Part shown: positions 1 to 8,877 of the stretch, piece after piece
Position numbering within the stretch: the first letter of the stretch is position 1
How the letters are laid out: each line of letters starts with the position of its first letter
NCBI GenBank assembly: GCA_020632035.1
Contig: JACKGG010000002.1
Coordinates: 88,095 to 152,094 of the forward strand
Length of the DNA stretch: 64,000 nt
Direction of reading: 5' to 3'
DNA from: Candidatus Nomurabacteria bacterium
Lineage (GTDB): Bacteria; Patescibacteriota; Minisyncoccia; Phycocordibacterales; UBA918
Translations under genes and position numbers: made by a program
Notes under the pieces: generated by a model
Told to the model about the DNA's origin: nothing
Databases searched by the model: none
Seen by the model: the letters and a program-made list of their open reading frames with translations, nothing else

Positions 1-240
1 CACAGCTACCGGATAAAGCAAAGCGTACTTTAAGGCAGCCTGTGTATCTCCCACCTCAACAGCGTCAATAATTAGTTTGAAAAAATAGACTGCTCCTTGA
101 GAAATAATTGAAGCAACCACCACAACAAATATCACAGTCACCATCCACCATTTAAACGGCTTTGAAACATACCAAAAGAATGCAAATGGAGTTTGCGGTA
201 TAGCTTGATTTTCTGTTTGTCTAATGTCTTTGGTTTGCAT
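1..240 (-). CDS. N-terminal part of an ABC transporter (MsbA-like transmembrane domain); partial, continues off the window
   Basis: The reverse translation from ATG at 238-240 reads MQTKDIRQTENQAIPQTPFAFFWYVSKPFKWWMVTVIFVVVVASIISQGAVYFFKLIIDAV.., which resembles the N-terminal TM region of an ABC exporter. Not in the ORF track because it is truncated by the window edge. Confidence 0.35.
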   Translation of the reverse strand, partial: MQTKDIRQTENQAIPQTPFAFFWYVSKPFKWWMVTVIFVVVVASIISQGAVYFFKLIIDAVEVGDTQAALKYALLYPVAV

Positions 241-310
241 AGGTAGTATATAAGGACGTTATAGTACCTAGTTTCTTACTAATTACAAAATTTCTATCAA
301 GAATAGGTTA

Positions 311-1261
311 GTGATATACTCTAGAAATATGGAATCTTTTGCTTCTGCAGATAATAGTAGGTTTGATTATGATTTTGAGGACTTTGATGATAAGTCTTTT
401 TATAATCTACTTTTAAGACTACCCCGAGAGCTGGGAATAAGACATCTCGCTACAATAGTGGAGAGAAATATGTCGGATAACGAAGCGACCAATTACCTCG
501 AAGGGATTTTAGAAGCCAGAAAAGAAGCAGTGACCGAAACTGAAATAGGTGATGAGCAAGCTAGAGAATTATTTGAAGGGCAGTTTACAGAAATGTTACA
601 TTTGCTTGAGACCGACACACTTACGCGAGAAGGTAATTTTCTTGGGTCAGGACAGACAGCGCAGATAAAGCAATTCAATCTCACAAAGGGCGACAAAACA
701 ATACCAATGGCTATTAAGTACCTCATGACCCCTACGGCAAAAACATTAAGTGCATCTGCTGAGTATGACATGATAAAAGAAGTTGAAAGAATTCATGAAA
801 TCGAAGTTATCGAGGAGAGCGCACACCTGAAACAGATTGGTGTACCACATCCATACTTTCACCACCGAAACAGCCGTATCCAATGTTATGGAATGCAGTT
901 GATTAATGGTTCGGATTTAGAGGTGGCCATAGACGACATGAAAGACAATCGGTTTTCTTCTGAAATAGCAGAAATAGTTTCACATTTGGATGTTGATGAG
1001 TTGATGTCGGAAGTCGATATATTCTTTAAAAAAATGCACACTTATTGTTTACATGGCGACATAAAACCTAAGAACATAATGGTGGACGAAACAGGCAAGT
1101 TTTTTATAATTGATTTTGGACAATCATTATTAGTAAACGATATGACAGAAAGCACCAGAGATCAGTTTGAAAACATCATGGAAGATGAAATTAAAAAGTC
1201 CAAGGAAATACTTAGAGGATTCATAAAGCGAGCAAAACTTAGTCTGGCTCCTGAAAATTAA
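311..1261 (+). CDS. eukaryotic-like Ser/Thr protein kinase-fold protein
   Basis: Gly-rich loop FLGSGQTAQ, Lys motif MAIKYL, catalytic loop HGDIKPKN and DFG motif IIDFGQS are all visible. It is 316 aa with no extra domains. Confidence 0.5.
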   Translation: MIYSRNMESFASADNSRFDYDFEDFDDKSFYNLLLRLPRELGIRHLATIVERNMSDNEATNYLEGILEARKEAVTETEIGDEQARELFEGQFTEMLHLLETDTLTREGNFLGSGQTAQIKQFNLTKGDKTIPMAIKYLMTPTAKTLSASAEYDMIKEVERIHEIEVIEESAHLKQIGVPHPYFHHRNSRIQCYGMQLINGSDLEVAIDDMKDNRFSSEIAEIVSHLDVDELMSEVDIFFKKMHTYCLHGDIKPKNIMVDETGKFFIIDFGQSLLVNDMTESTRDQFENIMEDEIKKSKEILRGFIKRAKLSLAPEN

Positions 1262-1311
1262 TAGGAATTGCACCAGCTTGCATTTAAGTTATACTAACGC
1301 TGTCTTTAAAA

Positions 1312-1751
1312 GACCGATTAGCTCAGCTGGTAGCGGTGAATAAGTCCCCCAGACTAATTCACCATCTCCATTGTAGAGGTCTACTTTGGCAAAATAGTGT
1401 AGAATACCAGACAATCAAACCGACCGATTAGCTCAGCTGGTAGCGGTGAATAAGTCCCCCAGACTAATTCACCATCTCCATTGTAGAGGTCTACTTTGGC
1501 AAAATAGTGTAGAATACCAGACAATCAAACCGACCGATTAGCTCAGCTGGTAGCGGTGAATAAGTCCCCCAGACTAATTCACCATCTCCATTGTAGAGGT
1601 CTACTTTGGCAAAATAGTGTAGAATACCAGACAATCAAACCGACCGATTAGCTCAGCTGGTAGCGGTGAATAAGTCCCCCAGACTAATTCACCATCTCCA
1701 TTGTAGAGGTCTACTTTGGCAAAATAGTGTAGAATACCAGACAATCAAACC
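1312..1751 (+). repeat. four perfect tandem copies of a 110-bp unit made of tRNA-Val fragments
   Basis: Units start at 1312, 1422, 1532 and 1642 and are identical. Each is GACCGATTAGCTCAGCTGGTAG (tRNA-Val nt 1-22) + a 37-nt insert CGGTGAATAAGTCCCCCAGACTAATTCACCATCTCCA (inverted repeat GGTGAAT/ATTCACC) + TTGTAGAGGTC (anticodon-stem 3' half and variable loop) + 40 nt of non-tRNA sequence. Confidence 0.9.
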
Positions 1752-1824
1752 GACCGATTAGCTCAGCTGGTAGAGCGCTACATTGACATTGTAGAGGTCA
1801 CAAGTTCAAGTCTTGTATCGGTCA
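1752..1824 (+). tRNA. tRNA-Val (anticodon GAC)
   Basis: Cloverleaf GACCGAT/ATCGGTC acceptor, D-arm GCTC-AGCTGGTA-GAGC, anticodon arm CTACA-TTGACAT-TGTAG, T-arm ACAAG-TTCAAGT-CTTGT, discriminator A. CCA is not encoded. Confidence 0.85.
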
Positions 1825-1847
1825 CATTGCTTTTATTAAGAATTATC

Positions 1848-1907
1848 AGCTGGTAGCGGTGAATAAGTCCCCCAGACTAATTCACCATCTCCATTGTAGA
1901 GGTCACA
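1848..1907 (+). repeat. fifth, partial copy of the tRNA-Val-derived unit, immediately upstream of the DHH gene start
   Basis: AGCTGGTAG + the same 37-nt insert + TTGTAGAGGTCACA. Its GAGG lies 8 nt upstream of the ATG at 1912. Confidence 0.7.
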
Positions 1908-1911
1908 AATT

Positions 1912-2766
1912 ATGGAGAATCTAAAAGATATTGTTGTTATATATCACGCTCAGTGTCGCGACGGTTTCGGCTCTGCTTATGCTGCCTGGAAAAAGTTTGG
2001 TGACAATGCCTCTTACCTACCCCGCAAAAACCAAGCCGAACTACCAGCTGGTCTAGAGAACAAGGAAATATACATACTAGATTATAGTTTTTGCAAAGAA
2101 ATTCTGGAACAGCTTATAAGCAAGAACAAATCTGTCCTAGTAATCGATCATCATAAAAGCTCTGAAGAATCTGTGACGAGTTTCCCTGATAATATTTTTG
2201 ATTTGGAACATTCTGGGGCAGTCTTGTCTTGGAAATACTTTCACCCTGAGTCGCCTGTTCCTCCCCTACTCGAATACATAGAAGATCATGATCTCTGGAA
2301 TATGAAGCTCCCTCACAACCGTGAATACAATGCAGCCTTAAGAGAATATGACTCAACTTTTGAAGTCTGGGACGAGTTGGTAGAAAAACTAAAAGACGCA
2401 GATTTTTTACAAGCACACCTAAACACAGGACGTACTATTGCCCGGTTTGAAGATAAGTTAGTTGAAGATCTACTTCAGTATAAAGAGCGCGTACTGTTTG
2501 AAGGCTACGAAATATGGGCGATGAACGTCTCTAGAACATACCGCTCAATTCTAGGTAGCCATCTTGCCGAAATTAACGAAAAGGACGGTGGTGCACCCTT
2601 AGGTATCGTGTACTATCGTAATTTAGGAAAAGTTCACGTTTCCCTCAGAAGCAAAGGTGAGGTTGACGTAGGTGAAATTGCTAAAAAATACGGAGGTGGT
2701 GGGCACAAACACGCAGCTAGCATTCTGGTTGATTCATTTGCTGATCTCCCATTTACTTTTATATAA
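1912..2766 (+). CDS. DHH-family phosphoesterase (NrnA-like nanoRNase/pAp phosphatase)
   Basis: DHH motif (VIDHHKSSEE) and a DHHA1-type GGGGH motif near the C-terminus. Confidence 0.6.
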   Translation: MENLKDIVVIYHAQCRDGFGSAYAAWKKFGDNASYLPRKNQAELPAGLENKEIYILDYSFCKEILEQLISKNKSVLVIDHHKSSEESVTSFPDNIFDLEHSGAVLSWKYFHPESPVPPLLEYIEDHDLWNMKLPHNREYNAALREYDSTFEVWDELVEKLKDADFLQAHLNTGRTIARFEDKLVEDLLQYKERVLFEGYEIWAMNVSRTYRSILGSHLAEINEKDGGAPLGIVYYRNLGKVHVSLRSKGEVDVGEIAKKYGGGGHKHAASILVDSFADLPFTFI

Positions 2767-2844
2767 AAACAAAGACATAAACAAAGTTAGGCTTCTTAGA
2801 TTGACTGTCCATAGGACCTTTAATTATTACCTAGCCTTCTTTGT

Positions 2845-4083
2845 TTGCAACATTTCCTACGGTACCACACTTTTGCACTCTGGCAATATCTTCTGTATAG
2901 TAGCGCAATGATTATTTTATCGATCGAGACTTCATGCGACGAGACCGCCCTTACCTTCCTCAAGGCAGAGGGGGAATTTCCTCATGCTACCTATGAGATC
3001 TTGGGTGATGCGCTCTGGTCACAGATTGATGTCCACGCCGAATACGGTGGTGTTTTCCCTGCGCTTGCTAAACGTGAGCACGCCCGAACGATTGTACCCA
3101 TGCTTGAAAAAGCTCTCGAAGAAGCAGACGTAGAAACCGAAGAACCAGATGACGAAATTGATACCAATCTTGAAAATAAAATTCGCACCCTTCTAGACCG
3201 CGAACCCGGACTAGCTGATCTACTCTTGGATTTTCATAAGAAAAATGGAGTTCCAGAAATTAACCTGATTGCGGTAACCAACGGCCCTGGGCTCGAGCCA
3301 GCTCTTTGGGTCGGGGTAAATTTTGCTAAAGCGATCGGTCTGCTCTGGAACACATCTGTGGTTGGAATAAATCACATGGAGGGCCACATTCTGGCTAGTG
3401 TATACGATGCTGATCGTGACAATCAACTTTCCGATATTACCTTCCCTTCCATATCACTCTTAATCTCTGGCGGTCACACCGAACTGATTTTAATGAAAGA
3501 TTGGAGTAATTATGAAAAAGTGGGACAGACAAGAGACGATGCCGTAGGTGAAGCGTACGATAAAGTAGCTCGGCTAATTGGAGTCCCCTATCCGGGAGGA
3601 CCAGAAGTCGCCAGACTGGCAGGAGAAGCTAGAAAAAGAAATCTACCCGAGTTTGCCAGCCTTCCCTCTCCTATGCTGCACTCAAAAGACCTAGACTTTT
3701 CTTTCTCTGGCCTGAAGACCGCAGTCCGCTATGCAGTAGAGGGGAAAATTTTATCTGATGATGATAGATCTGCCATCGCTAGAGATTTTGAAAATGCCGT
3801 TACGGCTGTGTTGATAAAAAAGACAGTGTCTGCCATTGAAGAATACGGAGCTAAAACTTTAATCGTTGGCGGTGGGGTCAGTGCCAACACCCACATGAAG
3901 CGTATGATGGAAACGGCTCTTCTTGCTGAGTATCCTGAAGTAACTGTCTACTTCCCCCAGCCCGGACTCTCGACCGACAACAGCATAATGATCGGCTTAG
4001 CTGGGCACGCTCGAGCTAGTAGTGCACTACTCCCCACTGGGACAGATGTAATTCGGGCTGACGGAAATCGCTCTTTAGCTTAG
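2845..4083 (+). CDS. tsaD: tRNA N6-adenosine threonylcarbamoyltransferase TsaD (Kae1/TsaD family). The likely true start is the internal Met near 2908.
   Basis: ILSIETSCDETA N-terminus, GINHMEGH metal-binding motif and a GGGVSAN C-terminal motif. It carries an acidic ~50-aa insertion relative to typical TsaD. Confidence 0.8.
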   Translation: MQHFLRYHTFALWQYLLYSSAMIILSIETSCDETALTFLKAEGEFPHATYEILGDALWSQIDVHAEYGGVFPALAKREHARTIVPMLEKALEEADVETEEPDDEIDTNLENKIRTLLDREPGLADLLLDFHKKNGVPEINLIAVTNGPGLEPALWVGVNFAKAIGLLWNTSVVGINHMEGHILASVYDADRDNQLSDITFPSISLLISGGHTELILMKDWSNYEKVGQTRDDAVGEAYDKVARLIGVPYPGGPEVARLAGEARKRNLPEFASLPSPMLHSKDLDFSFSGLKTAVRYAVEGKILSDDDRSAIARDFENAVTAVLIKKTVSAIEEYGAKTLIVGGGVSANTHMKRMMETALLAEYPEVTVYFPQPGLSTDNSIMIGLAGHARASSALLPTGTDVIRADGNRSLA

Positions 4084-4136
4084 GCAGAAAAGACGGGTTT
4101 ATACTAATGTTTTTTCGTGTTAATATCGCTTGATAT

Positions 4137-6359
4137 ATGGAGGAAAAACAACAACCAAACATACCGGAGATTTTCTTGTCTCCATACAATCCAGTTAATC
4201 ACGAAAACTCACTGTACAAGATGTGGGAAGACTCTGGTTACTTTAATCCAGACAAATGTGTCGAAGATGGTATAGCTGATAGAGATGCTGAGACTTTTTC
4301 AATTGTCCTACCACCTCCTAATGTGACCGGCATCCTCCACATGGGCCACGCCGCTATGCTCGCGGTTGAAGATATTCTAGTTAGATACAATCGAATGCAA
4401 GGTAAGCGCACTCTCTGGATCCCAGGGACAGACTCAGCTGCTATTGCTACTCAATCAAAAGTTGAAAAGCTTGTCTCAAAAGAAGAAAAGAAAAGTCGGC
4501 ATGATTTAGGCCGAGAAGAATTCCTGAAGCGAGTGGATGTTTTTGTTGAAGATAGTAAGGCTACTATTGTGAATCAAATAAAAAAGATGGGTTCTAGTCT
4601 TGATTGGTCACGTTACGCTTTTACTTTAGATGACCAGCGCTACAAAGCTGTAATGACTGCCTTTGTAAATATGTACAACGACCAGCTCATCTACCGGGCC
4701 GACCGCATCGTAAACTGGGACCCAAAAGGCCAAACTACAATATCTGATGACGAAATAGTCCATGAGGAACGCCAAGGTAAGCTTTATACTTTTAAATACA
4801 ACAAGGAGTTTCCTATTACCATCGCTACTACCAGACCAGAAACCAAAGTTGGAGACACAGCGGTAGCGGTAAACCCAGACGATAAACGCTACCAAAAATA
4901 CATTGGGCAGACTTTTGATTTTGTTTTTTGCGATGTGCCGGTGAGTGTTACTGTCGTGGCTGATACGGAAGTTGATCCTGAGTTCGGTACTGGCGCGGTC
5001 GGCGTCACCCCTGCCCATAGTAAAATCGACTGGGATATAGCCGACCGATCTAATATCATCCGCCGGCCCCAAGTGATAAACGAATACGCCAAAATGACCG
5101 TGGCCGGACGACTCAATAACTTGAAGGTTGAAGCGGCTCGAGCGGAGGTGGTTAAGTGGCTTGAAGAAGAAGGCCTTTTAGAAAAAATCGAAGACACTAT
5201 TCAAAACATAGCAACGGCCGAGCGAACTGGAGGAATCGTTGAACCACTGCCCAAACTTCAGTGGTGGATTGATGTCAATAAGAAATTCACCCTCAAGCAC
5301 TCAGAAATAACCGGCATAGAAAGTGGTAGTGAAGTAACTTTGAAAGAACTGATGATCAAAGCTGTTGAAAACGGCGATACTGATATTTTTCCTGAACGCT
5401 TCAAGCGAGTATATTTTAACTGGATTGAAAATTTGAATGACTGGTGTATTTCACGCCAAATTTGGTACGGACACCGCATCCCAGCCTGGTACAAAGATGG
5501 TGAGACTAAAGTACAAATACAATCTCCAGGCGCTGATTGGGAGCAAGAATCCGATACTCTAGACACTTGGTTCTCATCTGGACTGTGGACTTTCTCTACC
5601 CTGGGTTGGCCAGAACAAACAGACGACCTAAAAACCTACCACCCAACTACAGTACTAGAAACCGGTTATGATATTATTTTCTTCTGGGTAGCTCGAATGA
5701 TTTTGATGAGTACTTACCACCTCGGACAAGTACCGTTTAAAAATGTATACTTGCACGGACTAGTCCGTGATGAAAAAGGGAAGAAAATGAGTAAATCAAT
5801 TGGCAACGTCATTGATCCACTCAACATGATTGAAAAGTTCGGTGCCGATGCAACTCGCCTGTCGCTGATAGTCGGAGCTGCTCCGGGTAATGACGTACCT
5901 CTTTCCGAAGACAAAATCCGCGCCTACAAAAAGTTTGCTAACAAGGTTTGGAATATTAGTCGATTTATCCTGACCAGCATCGATGATGCTGACTGGAGAC
6001 AAACTCCAGAACTAACCAAGAGAGATAACGAAATATTAACTGACCTTAGAAAAAACATTCTAGAAGTCACAGAAGATATTGAAAGGTTCAGTCTTTATCT
6101 TGGCGCAGAAAAAGCTTACCACTACGTTTGGCACGAGTTAGCTGATAAAGTTCTCGAGGAATCCAAAGACATTCTTAACGGGGACAATATGTCAGAAAAA
6201 TACGCAAGGCAATACGTACTAAAAGAATGTCTAGTTGCTTCACTTAAGACCCTCCACCCTTTCATGCCATTTGTCACAGAAACAATCTGGCAAGAGCTTC
6301 CAAAAGAATTGAAAGACCATGACATTCTTATGGTTGCAAAGTGGCCGATTGGTGAATAG
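4137..6359 (+). CDS. valS: valyl-tRNA synthetase (short form without the C-terminal coiled-coil)
   Basis: HIGH-type motif PPPNVTGILHMGHA and KMSKS motif (KMSKSIGNV); class I editing aaRS architecture; 740 aa. Confidence 0.9.
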   Translation: MEEKQQPNIPEIFLSPYNPVNHENSLYKMWEDSGYFNPDKCVEDGIADRDAETFSIVLPPPNVTGILHMGHAAMLAVEDILVRYNRMQGKRTLWIPGTDSAAIATQSKVEKLVSKEEKKSRHDLGREEFLKRVDVFVEDSKATIVNQIKKMGSSLDWSRYAFTLDDQRYKAVMTAFVNMYNDQLIYRADRIVNWDPKGQTTISDDEIVHEERQGKLYTFKYNKEFPITIATTRPETKVGDTAVAVNPDDKRYQKYIGQTFDFVFCDVPVSVTVVADTEVDPEFGTGAVGVTPAHSKIDWDIADRSNIIRRPQVINEYAKMTVAGRLNNLKVEAARAEVVKWLEEEGLLEKIEDTIQNIATAERTGGIVEPLPKLQWWIDVNKKFTLKHSEITGIESGSEVTLKELMIKAVENGDTDIFPERFKRVYFNWIENLNDWCISRQIWYGHRIPAWYKDGETKVQIQSPGADWEQESDTLDTWFSSGLWTFSTLGWPEQTDDLKTYHPTTVLETGYDIIFFWVARMILMSTYHLGQVPFKNVYLHGLVRDEKGKKMSKSIGNVIDPLNMIEKFGADATRLSLIVGAAPGNDVPLSEDKIRAYKKFANKVWNISRFILTSIDDADWRQTPELTKRDNEILTDLRKNILEVTEDIERFSLYLGAEKAYHYVWHELADKVLEESKDILNGDNMSEKYARQYVLKECLVASLKTLHPFMPFVTETIWQELPKELKDHDILMVAKWPIGE

Positions 6360-6417
6360 TACAAAACTTGGAAACTCCCCACTACTCCGGTAAACCTCTG
6401 GTACAATAATAAACAGC

Positions 6418-7122
6418 ATGGAGTCGACAAACTTTGCTATCGCTTTCTTAGCTGGTCTGATACCAGCTTTGTTTTGGGTGTGGTTTTGGCTGAGAGAAGA
6501 TGCAAATAAGCCAGAACCATACTTCTTAATTGCCATAGCGTTTATCGCTGGTATGGCCGTAGTACCGATTGCCCTACCTCTGCAAAAAGTCGCTGTCGAT
6601 CTATACGTTGATTTCGATGTAATGATAATCTGGGTAGCGATTGAAGAGATGATGAAATACGCAGCGGCTCTAGCATTAATTTTCTGGAACCGTGAAGTCG
6701 ACGAACCAATAGACATGGTCATTTATATGGTGGTACTGGCTTTGGGCTTTGCGGCCCTAGAAAACGCCTTGTTTATTTTTAACCCGCTCGATGCTGGCGA
6801 CTACTTTAATTCGGCTCTAACCGGAGGATTTAGATTTATGGGTGCCACCCTGCTTCATGTATTAGCCTCTGGTACGGTAGGAGTCTTCCTTGCTCTAACT
6901 TATTACCGGTCCAAATTAACCCAGGTAATAGCTGGTACATTTGGGTTATTCATGGCTATCGTATTGCACGCTTTATTCAACTTTTTTATAATGGATGCAA
7001 GTGGAGGAACCATCCTAATAGTTTTCCTCTTCGTCTGGATGGGCATCATCATCTTGTTTCTTTTATTTGAAAAAATCAAAATCCTCGAACGCAACCATAA
7101 TCTTCAACAACAATTATCATGA
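6418..7122 (+). CDS. polytopic membrane protein, PrsW/CPBP-like intramembrane protease family (putative)
   Basis: At least 6 TM helices, with EEMMKY, FxxxH-like and HALFN motifs spaced as in PrsW/CAAX-protease families. Confidence 0.4.
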   Translation: MESTNFAIAFLAGLIPALFWVWFWLREDANKPEPYFLIAIAFIAGMAVVPIALPLQKVAVDLYVDFDVMIIWVAIEEMMKYAAALALIFWNREVDEPIDMVIYMVVLALGFAALENALFIFNPLDAGDYFNSALTGGFRFMGATLLHVLASGTVGVFLALTYYRSKLTQVIAGTFGLFMAIVLHALFNFFIMDASGGTILIVFLFVWMGIIILFLLFEKIKILERNHNLQQQLS

Positions 7123-7628
7123 AAAAACCATCATTTTTAGAACGACTAACTGGCGGACAGTCTGAAGACTACGACAGAATTCTTGACGACGAACATCAAT
7201 TTGGAGACGAAGATGAGCTTGCCGTTGCTGATGAAGAAACCGATGAAAACTGGGCAGAAGAAGAGGATGCTCCAGACACTCAACAAGACGGCGAACTTCC
7301 CGTAGATATGTACCAAACAGACGACACAATCGTAATCCGAGCGTTGGTGGCTGGTGTGAGCCCGGCAGACCTAGAGATATCTATAACTAGAGATATGGTC
7401 ACAATCCGTGGCGTACGTGACGAATACCAAGAAGCGCATGACGATGGTTACTTCCATCGAGAACTATTCTGGGGAAGTTTTTCTCGCACACTTCTCCTAC
7501 CGGAAGAAGTTGCTATCGATGAGGCAGAGGCTCAGGAGAAACACGGTCTACTAGAAATCAAACTGCCAAAACTAGACAAGCATCGTACTACTCAGCTTAA
7601 AGTGAGAAGTAACGCAGGACATAAATAA
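7119..7628 (+). CDS. small heat-shock protein (Hsp20/alpha-crystallin domain) with an acidic N-terminal region
   Basis: C-terminal ~90 aa matches the ACD pattern (DMYQTDDTIVIRALVAGV..GLLEIKLPK). Overlaps the upstream gene by 4 nt. Confidence 0.75.
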   Translation: MKKPSFLERLTGGQSEDYDRILDDEHQFGDEDELAVADEETDENWAEEEDAPDTQQDGELPVDMYQTDDTIVIRALVAGVSPADLEISITRDMVTIRGVRDEYQEAHDDGYFHRELFWGSFSRTLLLPEEVAIDEAEAQEKHGLLEIKLPKLDKHRTTQLKVRSNAGHK

Positions 7629-7630
7629 AG

Positions 7631-7659
7631 TAAACCGGTCCACTTAGGACCGGTTTTAC
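7631..7659 (+). terminator. bidirectional intrinsic terminator hairpin
   Basis: AAACCGGTCC-ACTTA-GGACCGGTTTT with an A-run and a T-run on opposite sides. Confidence 0.6.
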
Positions 7660-7661
7660 AA

Positions 7662-7916
7662 CTAGTTGTGTCGTTCGGGATAAGCGTCAGGGTAGCTGAT
7701 ATATACCCTTCGATCGTCACCGGTTGTCACAGGAACTAACACTAAGCCCTGATTAACACCATAGCGAAACCTTATCATACCCTCTTCAATAATTGTTACG
7801 AATCCTGTGAACGTGACACTTCCTCTGCCAGATTTGTCGTAGATTCGCACATCACTTACATATACCTCTTGAGATACCTTTACTGCATTATCACCGACTT
7901 CCTTACAAATTGACAT
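7662..7916 (-). CDS. hypothetical small protein (84 aa)
   Basis: ORF only; no recognisable motifs. Confidence 0.3.
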   Translation of the reverse strand: MSICKEVGDNAVKVSQEVYVSDVRIYDKSGRGSVTFTGFVTIIEEGMIRFRYGVNQGLVLVPVTTGDDRRVYISYPDAYPERHN

Positions 7917-8193
7917 TGTAAGATACCTCTGACTAACTAATTTGTGATATACACGATATATGGGTTATAAAAAAAATACCCACTCCTGTTTCAACTACTG
8001 CTGGTTGTATGCGTGTACCCCACGCTGGACTATGGTGACAACCCCCGAAAAAGAACAATATTCTGCCTTTTATCATTAGGGTACGTCTACCAAATATGTC
8101 ATAACACTGTAAATCTTGGTATTTAAACATTTACGCCACCACTATGATTAAACGATCTGTATTACAGCATAAAGTATTATTCCGTTCAAGCCA

Positions 8194-8210
8194 GGAGCAG
8201 GCTCGGTCAC
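8194..8210. repeat. direct partial copy of the tRNA-Phe 3' segment (12 nt, GGAGCAGGCTCG) fused to GTCAC
   Basis: Matches the tRNA-Phe gene (antisense) at 8388-8399. The match stops inside the T-loop. It sits ~175 bp from the tRNA 3' end. Confidence 0.6.
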
Positions 8211-8312
8211 TCTCACGGCTATTTTCTTCGTAAACTCATAATATAGCTCGTTCCATTGACCTCCACTCGTCGCGTTCCTCGGCTCCGCCAGCGGACTTTA
8301 TCGCGACTCGGC

Positions 8313-8380
8313 TTCGAGCCTGCTTCCAAGCTACAAACGAAAACAGCCTATATGCGGAGCATATAGGCTGTACGTTTGTG
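8313..8380. repeat. inverted 19-nt copy of the tRNA-Phe 3' end (TTCGAGCCTGCTtCCAAGC) followed by a 48-nt perfect palindrome abutting the tRNA 3' end
   Basis: 8313-8331 reads in tRNA sense on the plus strand, opposite to the gene. The palindrome is TACAAACGAAAACAGCCTATATGC-GGAG-CATATAGGCTGTACGTTTGTG. Confidence 0.65.
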
Positions 8381-8451
8381 CTTGGGAGCAGGCTCGAACT
8401 GCTGACCCTTCGCTCTTCAGGCGAATGCTCTACCAACTGAGCTACCCAAGC
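8379..8451 (-). tRNA. tRNA-Phe (anticodon GAA)
   Basis: The reverse complement gives GCTTGGG-TA-GCTC-AGTTGGTA-GAGC-A-TTCGC-CTGAAGA-GCGAA-GGGTC-AGCAG-TTCGAGC-CTGCT-CCCAAGC-A. Confidence 0.85.
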
Positions 8452-8509
8452 AGGGTTTCATTTATTGAATAGGTGGGGGTATTGTACCGGTTTTTATAAT
8501 AATTTCAAT

Positions 8510-8815
8510 CTATTCTCCCCCACCATACTCTCCTCTCATTGCTTCATAAAACTGCTTCCATCCCGGCACTTCCTGAAGGCCGGTTTGAAAAGTGGCAAAA
8601 GATGACCCCAATGAGGTGAAATATGGCTCAATAATATAAAAGTAAACAAGAAACGGTGCGCCGATTATAATCAAAAACCAAACCACTCTAAACCAGAAAG
8701 ACCATATTGAACGACGATTTAGTTTTTTTATAATCTGATTATTTTCAGTCAACAGACGTTGATTCTCTAATAAGAGTTCCTGCAGCAACTGATGTTCATC
8801 TTTGTCGGGTACCAT
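8510..8815 (-). CDS. hypothetical membrane protein (101 aa, one TM segment)
   Basis: ORF with a hydrophobic central segment. Confidence 0.35.
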   Translation of the reverse strand: MVPDKDEHQLLQELLLENQRLLTENNQIIKKLNRRSIWSFWFRVVWFLIIIGAPFLVYFYIIEPYFTSLGSSFATFQTGLQEVPGWKQFYEAMRGEYGGGE

Positions 8816-8877
8816 ATTATGTATTATAACAAGCCGAGGTGACGAAATTTCTGTTTATGCTACTCTATTCCACATCC

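Noticed and set aside
1312-1751. Possible CRISPR array (regular direct repeats)
   Set aside because: The 110-bp units are identical throughout, with no unique spacers between short repeats, and they are made of tRNA-derived sequence. The same applies to the 160-bp units at 29.3-29.8 kb.
8236-8436. 66-aa minus-strand ORF
   Set aside because: It overlaps the tRNA-Phe gene and its palindromic tail. The translation has no coding character.
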